This document shows, piece by piece, positions 1 to 8,017 of a stretch of 28,067 nt of DNA. The notes below the pieces were generated by a model. The model worked only from the letters and a program-made list of their open reading frames with translations, was not told the origin of the DNA and did not search any database. Source of the DNA: Ignavibacteriales bacterium (GTDB taxonomy: Bacteria > Bacteroidota > Ignavibacteria > Ignavibacteriales > Ignavibacteriaceae). The DNA lies in NCBI GenBank assembly GCA_027347125.1, contig DAIERC010000331.1:1-28067 (forward strand), read 5' to 3'. The translations under genes were made by a program, and so were the position numbers. Position 1 is the stretch's first letter. Each line of letters begins with the position of its first letter.

Positions 1-204
1 GATCTGGAAATTATAAATACCGATAGCAATAATCTTTTTACGGATGATTCGTTTACCAAAATAAAATTTGAGCCGGATGATAAAATTGAGCGCGGCGGAT
101 GTTTGGTGGAAACCGAAATAGGAAATGTAGACGCAAGATTATCTTCACAATTTAACGAAGTTAAAAAACAACTTGAGCAAATTTTTTCGAACGATGAAAT
201 ATAA
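1..204 (+). CDS. fliH: Flagellar export ATPase regulator FliH, 3' fragment
   Basis: Frame 1 is open from base 1 to TAA at 202-204 and reads ...DDKIERGGCLVETEIGNVDARLSSQF..., the FliH C-terminal RGGC-x-VET-x2-G-x2-DAR motif. The stop overlaps the fliI ATG (TAATG). Confidence 0.9.
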   Translation, partial: DLEIINTDSNNLFTDDSFTKIKFEPDDKIERGGCLVETEIGNVDARLSSQFNEVKKQLEQIFSNDEI

Positions 205-1535
205 TGGAAATAGCTGACGAAATAATTCAGAAATATAAAAGACTGGTAGACCGCATTGACCCGATAAGAGTTAACGGAAAAGTTTCCGATGTTATCGGCC
301 TTGTAATTATTTCCATCGGGCCTAGCGTTTCACTTGGCGAAGTTTGTATAATTATAGACCGCGACGGAAACGAAGTTTGCAAAGCCGAAGTTGTGGGCTT
401 TAAAGAAGGAAAAGTTTTATCAATTGCTTTGGGCGAAGTGCATAATATTTCTCCTTCGTGCGATATAATAGCAACTGGAAGAAGTTTTACAATTGGCGTT
501 GGCGAAGAATTGTTGGGGCGGGTAATAGACGGCTTAGGCCAGCCAATAGACGGGAAAGGTGAAATCTTTTGTCCCGCATACAGAAGCATTTATAACGAAC
601 CGCCCAACCCGCTTGAAAGGAAAAGAATATCATCACCTTTACAAACAGGCGTAAGAGCTATCGACGGTTTATTGACCGTTGGCAAAGGGCAAAGGATAGG
701 GATATTTGCCGGAAGCGGCGTAGGCAAAAGCGTAACTATGGGTATGATTGCTAGGAATACAAATGCTGATGTTAACGTTATTACTTTAATAGGCGAGCGT
801 GGAAGAGAAGTACGCGAATTTATTGAAAAAGATTTAGGACCTGAAGGTTTGAAAAAATCCGTTGTTATTGTTGCCACAAGCGATAAGCCTGCGTTAATCA
901 GAATGAAGGGTGCTTTTATCGGCGCAACTATTTCCGAATATTTTAGAGACCAGGGAAAAGATGTGGTGTTGATGATGGATTCGGTTACAAGGTTCGCGAT
1001 GGCTCAGAGAGAAATAGGGCTTACCGTAGGCGAACCGCCGACAACAAAAGGGTACACTCCTTCGGTATTTGCTATGCTGCCTAAACTTCTTGAAAGGGCA
1101 GGCACAAAAGACAAAGGCTCAATAACCGGTTTCTACACGGTTTTGGTAGATGGCGATGATATGACGGAACCTATTGCCGACGCCGTAAGATCTATACTAG
1201 ACGGGCACGTGGTGTTGTCTAGAAAGCTTGCGAACAAAGGACAGTTCCCAGCCGTGGATCCGTTGCAAAGTGTAAGCCGTGTAATGCCCGACGTTGTAAC
1301 GCTCGACCATAGAAGAAGGGCAATTTCGTTTAATGAAATTTTGGCAACATACCGTGAAGCTGAAGATCTGATAAATATCGGTGCGTATGTAAAAGGCAGC
1401 AACCCGCAGATAGATCATTCGCTTGTAAAAATTAAGTACCTGAGAAACTTTTTAAAACAAGATATGAATGAAAAAGCCACCTACAATGAAACGGTGGCTA
1501 AACTAAAAGAAATTATTGAAGAACCTTTACAATAA
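204..1535 (+). CDS. fliI: Flagellar type III export ATPase FliI
   Basis: Walker A GIFAGSGVGKS, LIGERGREV, Walker B LMMDSVTRFA, and ILDGHVVLSRKLANKGQFPAVD; located between fliH and fliJ. Confidence 0.97.
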   Translation: MEIADEIIQKYKRLVDRIDPIRVNGKVSDVIGLVIISIGPSVSLGEVCIIIDRDGNEVCKAEVVGFKEGKVLSIALGEVHNISPSCDIIATGRSFTIGVGEELLGRVIDGLGQPIDGKGEIFCPAYRSIYNEPPNPLERKRISSPLQTGVRAIDGLLTVGKGQRIGIFAGSGVGKSVTMGMIARNTNADVNVITLIGERGREVREFIEKDLGPEGLKKSVVIVATSDKPALIRMKGAFIGATISEYFRDQGKDVVLMMDSVTRFAMAQREIGLTVGEPPTTKGYTPSVFAMLPKLLERAGTKDKGSITGFYTVLVDGDDMTEPIADAVRSILDGHVVLSRKLANKGQFPAVDPLQSVSRVMPDVVTLDHRRRAISFNEILATYREAEDLINIGAYVKGSNPQIDHSLVKIKYLRNFLKQDMNEKATYNETVAKLKEIIEEPLQ

Positions 1536-1538
1536 ATT

Positions 1539-1976
1539 ATGGCAAAATTCAGGTACAAATTCGAATCAATAAAAAAAGTTAAAGAAGCCTTGGAAAAAAA
1601 GGCTCAAAAGGAAATAGCGCTAATAGACCTGGAAATTAGCAAGCTTGAAGATGAGTATAAAAAAGTAATGGCCGAAGAATTGAAAAGCAGAAACGAATTT
1701 GTAACAGCCGGTATTTCGGTGGGCGAGATAAAATTTAAAAAAGGTTATGAATTGTGTCTTCAAAAAAAACGTTCGGATATAACGGCACAAATTTCGGCGT
1801 TGAATGAAAAAAGAAAATTAAAACTTAATGAGCTGGTTCAAAAAAGCAAAGAGCACAAAATATTCAACATGCTTGAAGATAATTACCTGGAAGTTTTTAA
1901 CACGGAACAAAATAAAATTGAAATGGATCAAATAAACGAAATAGCGACACAAAAATTTGTCAGGCAATCAAAGTGA
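1539..1976 (+). CDS. fliJ: Flagellar export protein FliJ
   Basis: 145-aa coiled-coil protein directly after fliI, with an N-terminal F-x-Y-K-F-E motif and C-terminal EQNKIEMDQINE. Confidence 0.85.
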   Translation: MAKFRYKFESIKKVKEALEKKAQKEIALIDLEISKLEDEYKKVMAEELKSRNEFVTAGISVGEIKFKKGYELCLQKKRSDITAQISALNEKRKLKLNELVQKSKEHKIFNMLEDNYLEVFNTEQNKIEMDQINEIATQKFVRQSK

Positions 1977-2599
1977 ATAATAAAATAATATATGCGGTTG
2001 CCTTTTTAGGCGCGTTTTTACTTACCACCAGCGCGGTGATATATCTTAACAATAATTACAAAGATATATTCCGGTTTAATTTTACACCGGTGCAAAAAGA
2101 AGAGACCGTTAACAATAATAGCGACGCGGCAACTTCCCAGTCGGTTCTGGAGCTTAAAGATTTTATTCAGAACGAATTAAAAAATGAACTGTTCGATTCT
2201 TTACGAACTATGTATACAGACAGGCTTAACGATACGGTTTATACAAAAGTGCTTCAAGATTCGACTTTAATAGATAGCTTGAAAAATATACATCAAGTAA
2301 TTACGAACTTAGATCAGCAATTAGCAAAACAAGAAACCGATATAAAAACAAATCAAGAAAATTTTAATAAATCAAAAAAGAGCAGCGACAGCGCGTATGT
2401 TGCTTGGACAAAACAAACGGCAAAGCTTTATGAAGCAATGGATTCCAAGAGAGCTGCTAAAATTATACAGAGTTATTCCGATAATGTAGCAAGAGATATA
2501 CTCTATTCAATGAAACAAAAGAAAGCCGCCGAAATTATGTCGGAGCTAAATCCTGAAACCGCAAACAGAATAACACAGGCAAAAACAAATGCTTTTTAA
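1973..2599 (+). CDS. YlxF/FlbB/MotE-like protein (N-terminal TM, coiled coil, MgtE_N-like helical C-terminus)
   Basis: GTG start overlaps the fliJ stop. One N-terminal hydrophobic helix; C-terminal AKLYEAMDSKRAAKII...ILYSMKQKKAAEIMSELNPETA. Its fliJ-X-fliK position matches B. subtilis ylxF and Borrelia flbB. Confidence 0.75.
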   Translation: MNNKIIYAVAFLGAFLLTTSAVIYLNNNYKDIFRFNFTPVQKEETVNNNSDAATSQSVLELKDFIQNELKNELFDSLRTMYTDRLNDTVYTKVLQDSTLIDSLKNIHQVITNLDQQLAKQETDIKTNQENFNKSKKSSDSAYVAWTKQTAKLYEAMDSKRAAKIIQSYSDNVARDILYSMKQKKAAEIMSELNPETANRITQAKTNAF

Positions 2600-4886
2600 T
2601 CCATTATTCGTGCAAATAGGTGTACCATCAAACTTGGTGGATTCAGCAAAATCAAGTAAGCTTAATAATACATCTTATTTATTCTCAGACATTATCCGGG
2701 TTGTTAATAACGATAACACTTCCGGCAAAGCGTCTACATTAGGCGATATACCGCAGAGCAGCGCTAAAAGCACTTCCGGCTTAGAGAACCTGCTTAATTT
2801 ATTTAATATAAAAACGCTTAGTTCGCAGGTTGTTGAAAACAGTAATACTGCCGGCGGCACTTCGATAAACCTGCAGGAATTACTAAAAAAATTATTGGCC
2901 GGCGGAAACTCAAACGTTAACGATTTTTTATCGGCGTTAACAAATGATACTTCTGCGAAAGACAGCAAATCATTGAATCTTTTAACATCAGAAACAGACC
3001 TGAATAATTTTCTACAAAAACTTTTTGACGCGCTGCCCGCATTAAAAATGGTTGCCGGCGGAGACAAAAATTTTCTTGTAAAGCCCGTTTCGGGTAACAA
3101 TGGAAAAGATAGCACTAATGAAAAGCAGCAAGTTGAAGATGCGATCATCAACCTTCTCCAAACGAACAGTAACGTTATTTTAAATTTTAACCTAGGCACT
3201 CAACAATTTAAAATTGAGATAACAAAGGTGGACGGCACTAACAGTGCGAGCGCGGAAAACTCTGTAAGCGCGATTTCGGGAAATAATGCGGCGGTTCAAA
3301 CTTCTCAAGGATCAGTGCCTGCGGCCGCAACTGATACGGCAAAAACAGATTCCGGTTTGGCAAACCAGACGGGAATTCCACTACCGGATATTAAAGCTAG
3401 TTCAGCCGGAACAGACAATAAAAAACTATCCGCCGAAGAAATTAAACTTGTTGATACCGCAAGCGCTAATACCGGAGCGAAAACTTCTGTCGTTAAAGAA
3501 ACTGCCGACACACAGCTAACAAATCCTTTAACACAAACGGACGCGCAAAACGTACAAGGGTCTTCTCAACAAACGCTTAGTAATATGCAAAACCAGGCTC
3601 AAAACGGCGATGCAAAATATATAATGACCGTAAAAATTGATCCGGTTCAAGTTCAGCAGACGGAACCGAAAAACGTAAGCCAGGTAAATGAAGTTTTACA
3701 AAAAAATATTCCGGGCAACGCGCCTGCCGAAAACAATATGGTGCAATTGGATTTTTCAGGCCTTGACACTTCCAACGCAAGCGAGCATACCGGTTCTATA
3801 AATGTGGATGTACACGGTACGGCAAAGGAATTTTTTAATCCGCCGATAACCTTAAAACTTTCGATGAAGCAGCAGTTAAAAAGTGTTGACAACAATAATG
3901 TTGATGCCTCTAATGTAATACTTGATAATAAAACAGAACAAAAAAATAATCTGCAAAGCAGCCTCAACCTAAAATCATTTAAGAATGATTTGCAGAACAG
4001 CATTGATCCTAATTCATTAAAAAATAATTCTCAGGGCGCTGCTGATTTGAACCCGCTGAAAAATGCTTCACAGGTACCATCGCATGGCATTCAGAACCAG
4101 GTTAGTGCTTCGGAAAGCTCAGCCGAAAACATAAAACAAACATCAAATGTTGCGCAGGAATCGGCGCAAAAGGATTCGACTGTAAAATCGGTTGAAGTTG
4201 CCGCGCCTGAAATAAAAAGCAGTACGCCGAATACAAAAGCACAGGAAGGGTCATCATCTTCTGCGGCTAAAGACAGCGGCCAGGTTGCGAAAAATGAATC
4301 CGGCAATCCCGTTCTTCAGACTGAAAATACCGGCGATAATACGGATAAAAAATTTACCGGTGATAGGCAAAAAGATCCTGAATTGAAAACCGGCAGCAGC
4401 CAGGCAGTTGGAGACTTTGACAAATTTGTTATGTCAAAAGATAAAGTTGCCGATGGCGGCAATCAGTTTACATCATCGTTAAAAACAATAAATGTTTCCG
4501 ACATAGTGAAAGAGTTTACCAGCATTATAAATCAAAAAGAGTCGAAGAGTGTAGTGCTGCAATTGAAGCCTGAAAATTTGGGTAAGATAAAATTATCTGT
4601 GGATATTGTGGACAACGTGGTTCATGCGCATGTGGAAGTTGAAAATGATTCCGTTAAACAGATGGTTCAATCAAATATAGACACCTTAAAGCATTCGTTA
4701 AATTTAAACGGCTTACAACTAAGCGCCGTAGATGTTTCACTTTCGGGCGGCCAGCAAAAATCTTTTAAATCTTTCAATACAAAAAAGAAAGTTCAATATA
4801 CAGGCGGAGAGTTACAGCTAAATGATGAACCGGAATCCTTGACTTCAAGGAATATGGGTTATAATACCTATGAGTATTTAATATAG
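2589..4886 (+). CDS. fliK: Flagellar hook-length control protein FliK (765 aa)
   Basis: Long S/T/N/Q-rich low-complexity N-terminal region plus the C-terminal domain LQLKPENLGKIKLSV...VKQMVQSNIDTLKHSL; directly upstream of flgD. Confidence 0.9.
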   Translation: MLFNPLFVQIGVPSNLVDSAKSSKLNNTSYLFSDIIRVVNNDNTSGKASTLGDIPQSSAKSTSGLENLLNLFNIKTLSSQVVENSNTAGGTSINLQELLKKLLAGGNSNVNDFLSALTNDTSAKDSKSLNLLTSETDLNNFLQKLFDALPALKMVAGGDKNFLVKPVSGNNGKDSTNEKQQVEDAIINLLQTNSNVILNFNLGTQQFKIEITKVDGTNSASAENSVSAISGNNAAVQTSQGSVPAAATDTAKTDSGLANQTGIPLPDIKASSAGTDNKKLSAEEIKLVDTASANTGAKTSVVKETADTQLTNPLTQTDAQNVQGSSQQTLSNMQNQAQNGDAKYIMTVKIDPVQVQQTEPKNVSQVNEVLQKNIPGNAPAENNMVQLDFSGLDTSNASEHTGSINVDVHGTAKEFFNPPITLKLSMKQQLKSVDNNNVDASNVILDNKTEQKNNLQSSLNLKSFKNDLQNSIDPNSLKNNSQGAADLNPLKNASQVPSHGIQNQVSASESSAENIKQTSNVAQESAQKDSTVKSVEVAAPEIKSSTPNTKAQEGSSSSAAKDSGQVAKNESGNPVLQTENTGDNTDKKFTGDRQKDPELKTGSSQAVGDFDKFVMSKDKVADGGNQFTSSLKTINVSDIVKEFTSIINQKESKSVVLQLKPENLGKIKLSVDIVDNVVHAHVEVENDSVKQMVQSNIDTLKHSLNLNGLQLSAVDVSLSGGQQKSFKSFNTKKKVQYTGGELQLNDEPESLTSRNMGYNTYEYLI
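3948..4064 (+). repeat. Imperfect 39-bp (13-aa) tandem repeat x3 inside fliK
   Basis: Units NLQSSLNLKSFKN / DLQNSIDPNSLKN / NSQGAADLNPLKN at 3948-3986, 3987-4025 and 4026-4064. All have Q at position 3 and end in KN. Confidence 0.55.
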
Positions 4887-4897
4887 GAGGAGATGAT

Positions 4898-5584
4898 ATG
4901 GTAAATGGAGTTAGTTCAAGTACCAGCTCAAGTTCAAGCACCAGTTCAAGTTCTTCAGGCACTAATGGAATATTGGGAAAAGACGATTTTTTAAAAATGC
5001 TTATTGCACAGATGAAAAATCAGGACCCGATGAATCCCATGGACAGTACGCAATATGCCGCCCAGTTAGCTCAATTCAGTTCGCTGGAACAGTTGCAAAA
5101 TTTAAATACTTCGATGACACAGAGCATTAATGCGAACCTGGCGTTAGCTCAGTCTATTAACAACACTATGGCTTCTACTTTGATAGGCAAAACCGTAAAA
5201 GTAAGCGGAACTACAATTTCAAATACGGGACAGGCTTCTGCTGATATTGGCTATAATCTGCCTTCAAATGCTCAATCGGTTAGCATGGGAATCTATGATT
5301 CCAGCGGAAATTTGGTTAAAACCATGGATTCTTTACCGACGGCTATGGGTGAGCATAAACTTTCCTGGGATTTTACCGATAATAACGGTAACAAATTGCC
5401 GAATGGTGATTATACGTTCAAAATTAGCGCAAAAGGCAGTACAGGACAGGATATGACAGTAGACTCTTATAAAGTTGGAACCATCGACGCTATTAAATTT
5501 ACCAGTTCGGGAACGATGCTGGTTATAGACAACGCTGAATATCAGTTATCCGATGTTCAGGAAATTCTAAACGGAGGCAACTAA
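4898..5584 (+). CDS. flgD: Flagellar hook cap protein FlgD
   Basis: LGKDDFLKMLIAQMKNQDPMNPMDSTQYAAQLAQFSSLEQ motif, an Ig-like C-terminal region, and an AGGAGG RBS upstream. Confidence 0.96.
   Translation: MVNGVSSSTSSSSSTSSSSSGTNGILGKDDFLKMLIAQMKNQDPMNPMDSTQYAAQLAQFSSLEQLQNLNTSMTQSINANLALAQSINNTMASTLIGKTVKVSGTTISNTGQASADIGYNLPSNAQSVSMGIYDSSGNLVKTMDSLPTAMGEHKLSWDFTDNNGNKLPNGDYTFKISAKGSTGQDMTVDSYKVGTIDAIKFTSSGTMLVIDNAEYQLSDVQEILNGGN
4913..4948 (+). repeat. 18-bp tandem repeat x2 encoding the Ser/Thr-rich N-terminus of FlgD
   Basis: AGTTCAAGTACCAGCTCA / AGTTCAAGCACCAGTTCA, 2 mismatches. Confidence 0.6.
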
Positions 5585-5585
5585 A

Positions 5586-5963
5586 ATGGCAGAAGTAAAT
5601 GGAATAAGTGTTCCGTTTATTCCTATTACTCAACCGGAAGATTTCGGTTCCCAAAAAGTTAAAGGCTCACTTGATAGTTTCAGTTCAATTTTTGAGCAAG
5701 AACTTGAAAAACTGAAATTTTCGAATCACGCTCTTAAAAGGCTGGAGAACAGAAATATACAACTTACTGAAACAGATATGAACAAAATTCAGAACGCTGT
5801 TCAGAAAGCTGAAATGAAAGGCTCTAAAGATTCTTTGGTAATGATGAATAACACTGCTTTTATAGTAAACATACCAAACCGCACGGTTGTTACAGCTTTG
5901 CCGGTTGAAGAAAGCAGTGAAAATGTTTTTACGAATATTGACAGCGTAGTTTTTGCGCAGTAA
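5586..5963 (+). CDS. Uncharacterised 'flagellar operon protein' (TIGR02530 / Flagellar_put-like)
   Basis: LKFSNHALKRLENRNI...AVQKAEMKGSKDSLV...NRTVVTA...ENVFTNIDS signature, in the typical flgD-X-flgE position. Confidence 0.88.
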   Translation: MAEVNGISVPFIPITQPEDFGSQKVKGSLDSFSSIFEQELEKLKFSNHALKRLENRNIQLTETDMNKIQNAVQKAEMKGSKDSLVMMNNTAFIVNIPNRTVVTALPVEESSENVFTNIDSVVFAQ

Positions 5964-5965
5964 AT

Positions 5966-6001
5966 AATTCATGAATGCATGTTTGCATGGATGCATGAAT
6001 T
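5966..6001. repeat. 8-bp-period TGCATG repeat forming an imperfect inverted repeat
   Basis: TTCATG/TGCATG/TGCATG/TGCATG at 5968, 5976, 5984 and 5992. Arms 5966-5981 and 5986-6001 pair with 2 mismatches. Confidence 0.7.
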
Positions 6002-6048
6002 TAATTTGAGATAGTTCTTTTTTATAAAATAAATTTTAATTAAATAAT

Positions 6049-6104
6049 CAGAGCGGGACCTTTTTTGGACGCTCTGGATTCGACCGACCGACTGACGTCG
6101 AATC
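6049..6104 (+). ncRNA. Candidate cis-regulatory RNA leader of flgE (two abutting hairpins)
   Basis: P1 is CAGAGCG (6049-6055) / CGCTCTG (6070-6076) enclosing GGACC-T6-GGA. P2 is GATTCGAC (6077-6084) / GTCGAATC (6097-6104) with loop CGACCGACTGAC. It is a GC-rich island in AT-rich intergenic DNA, ending 19 nt before the SD AGGAGG (6123-6128). Confidence 0.6.
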
Positions 6105-6133
6105 ATCTTAAGTTAATCCAACAGGAGGTTACA

Positions 6134-7837
6134 ATGGCACTTCTTAATTCCCTTTTCTCGGGCGTTTCCGGTTTGCAGAATTTGCAAAAAATGATGGACG
6201 TTATAGGTAATAATATTGCTAACGTTAATACAATCGGTTACAAAGGCTCACGCGTTACATTCAGCGATACTTTTAATGAGTTCATTAAATCCGGTACAAA
6301 TCCTAACGGTTCAACCGGCGGTACAAACTCGTTCCAGATCGGTTTGGGTACAAAAATTAATTCAATCGACAGAAACTGGAACCAGGGCACTTTTGAAAGC
6401 ACCGGCACATCTACCGACTTAGCATTACAAGGGCCCGGCTTATTTGTTTTAAAGAGCAACGGGCAGCAATTATACTCACGTGCGGGCGCATTTATTTTTG
6501 ACGCCGACGGTAAATTAGTTAATCCTCAGAACGGCGCAGTTGTTCAGGGTAAGGTTGCCGCTGACGGTGTTATTCCTTCGGGCAATACAATTGAAGATAT
6601 TAAGGTTGATAAAAATCTCAGGATTCCGGCAATAAAAACTACTGATACAACCTGGGGTGGAAACTTGCAAAGTAGTTCAACAGTTACACAAACCGAGAGC
6701 ATAGTTCAAAGCGGTACTTTAATTACAGCCGCTACGGCCTCAGCTCCGGCTGCTCCCACATATCCTGTTGATACGATAAAGAATACTACAATCTACGATA
6801 AAAATGGCAATCCGTTTGATCTTGCGATTAAATATACGGAAACAGCAGCCAACACTTACGATATAGATTACCAGATTTCAAGCGGAACAACAATTCTTCG
6901 TGATTTTCATTCCAATGTTGCAGCCAATCCTCTTCTAGATACCGCAGTTAATATTACCAGTGCCGCCGGACCAAGTACTTATACCTTACCAGCGTTAGCG
7001 GCAACAGTAGGTAATATTTCTATTGATACAGGTAGCGTTTCCTTAGATTCTACGGCAGTTAGAACCGGTAATAATAATACTTTAAGTTTTATTGTAGACA
7101 GCAACAGAACTCCTACTATTGTAAACGGTTCGGTTACCATTTATGACTCACTTGGTAATCCTCATACATTGACATTGAAATTTACTAAAATACAAACAGC
7201 CAATTCAACTGCTATACCTCCTACTCAAAGTATATGGCGGTTTAACGCTTCGGTTCCATCAACGGATGGTACGGTTTCCAACAATACCGGAAATATTACA
7301 TTTGACTCGAACGGTCTTATCCAAGCAACAGATCCTAATCCGATAAATTTATCTTATGCTCCGTCAGGTGGCGCCGATACACAAACAATAAAACTGGACT
7401 TTGGTACAGGTACTTCGGGTATAACTCAAACGTCAACCGACTCGAATGTTTCGGCGTTATCTCAAAACGGTTCCGCGGCGGCGTCTCTTTCGAATATAAA
7501 CATCGACCAGTACGGAAAGATAGAAGGTATATTCTCAAACGGTCAATCTAGAGATTTAGCCCAGATAATGGTAGCAACCTTTGCGAACCTTAACGGCCTT
7601 GTTAGCGTTGGAGACAATATGTATAACGTAGCGGCAAACTCCGGCGACCCGAGAATTGATGTTCCCGGCTCAACTTCAAATACAACAATTCAATCCGGCG
7701 CACTGGAACAATCCAATGTTGATTTGTCAAACGAATTTACCAAGATGATTGTTTCTCAAAGAGGTTTCCAGGCTAACGCAAAAGTGATCACCACGGCAGA
7801 TAGTCTTTTACAGGTAATCACGAACCTGGTACAATAA
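6134..7837 (+). CDS. flgE: Flagellar hook protein FlgE (567 aa)
   Basis: SLFSGVSGL...MDVIGNNIANVNTIGYK N-terminus and LEQSNVDLSNEFTKMIVSQRGFQAN C-terminus. Start reassigned from 6065 to ATG 6134, which follows AGGAGG at 6123-6128. Confidence 0.96.
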   Translation: MALLNSLFSGVSGLQNLQKMMDVIGNNIANVNTIGYKGSRVTFSDTFNEFIKSGTNPNGSTGGTNSFQIGLGTKINSIDRNWNQGTFESTGTSTDLALQGPGLFVLKSNGQQLYSRAGAFIFDADGKLVNPQNGAVVQGKVAADGVIPSGNTIEDIKVDKNLRIPAIKTTDTTWGGNLQSSSTVTQTESIVQSGTLITAATASAPAAPTYPVDTIKNTTIYDKNGNPFDLAIKYTETAANTYDIDYQISSGTTILRDFHSNVAANPLLDTAVNITSAAGPSTYTLPALAATVGNISIDTGSVSLDSTAVRTGNNNTLSFIVDSNRTPTIVNGSVTIYDSLGNPHTLTLKFTKIQTANSTAIPPTQSIWRFNASVPSTDGTVSNNTGNITFDSNGLIQATDPNPINLSYAPSGGADTQTIKLDFGTGTSGITQTSTDSNVSALSQNGSAAASLSNINIDQYGKIEGIFSNGQSRDLAQIMVATFANLNGLVSVGDNMYNVAANSGDPRIDVPGSTSNTTIQSGALEQSNVDLSNEFTKMIVSQRGFQANAKVITTADSLLQVITNLVQ

Positions 7838-7859
7838 TCTTCAGGATATTCTTCTGATT

Positions 7860-7900
7860 AAGGGCTGTTAAATATAAAATTTAGCAGCCCTTTTCTTTTT
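7860..7900 (+). terminator. Rho-independent terminator after flgE
   Basis: 14-bp stem AAGGGCTGTTAAAT (7860-7873) / ATTTAGCAGCCCTT (7879-7892) with one G-U pair, followed by TTCTTTTT. Confidence 0.88.
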
Positions 7901-7983
7901 CTGATTTCAACCATGTGTCTAATAATAACCATCCTTTTCAGCTCTTTTCTCCTCAATGACAGATATAAATAAAAGAAATTCCA

Positions 7984-8000
7984 TTGGCATATCAATTGAG
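7984..8000 (+). promoter_or_regulatory. Putative sigma54 (-24/-12)-type promoter upstream of fliL
   Basis: TTGGCATATCAATTGAG: GG (7986-7987)-N10-GA (7998-7999), resembling TGGCAC-N5-TTGC but with TTGA at -12. It lies between a terminator and fliL. Confidence 0.55.
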
Positions 8001-8017
8001 ATTAAAAAGAAAAAAAA

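Noticed and set aside
6049-6104. Possible c-di-GMP-I/II riboswitch because of GGAC-GC near a flagellar gene
   Set aside because: It lacks the GGCAAA / GNRA tetraloop / GACGCAAAGC arrangement of c-di-GMP-I, and I see no c-di-GMP-II pseudoknot pattern. It is reported as an unknown motif instead.
6065-6133. 23-codon N-terminal extension of FlgE from the ORF-track start at 6065
   Set aside because: It begins at a TTG inside the structured leader with no RBS. The conserved FlgE N-terminus and the AGGAGG SD point to ATG 6134.
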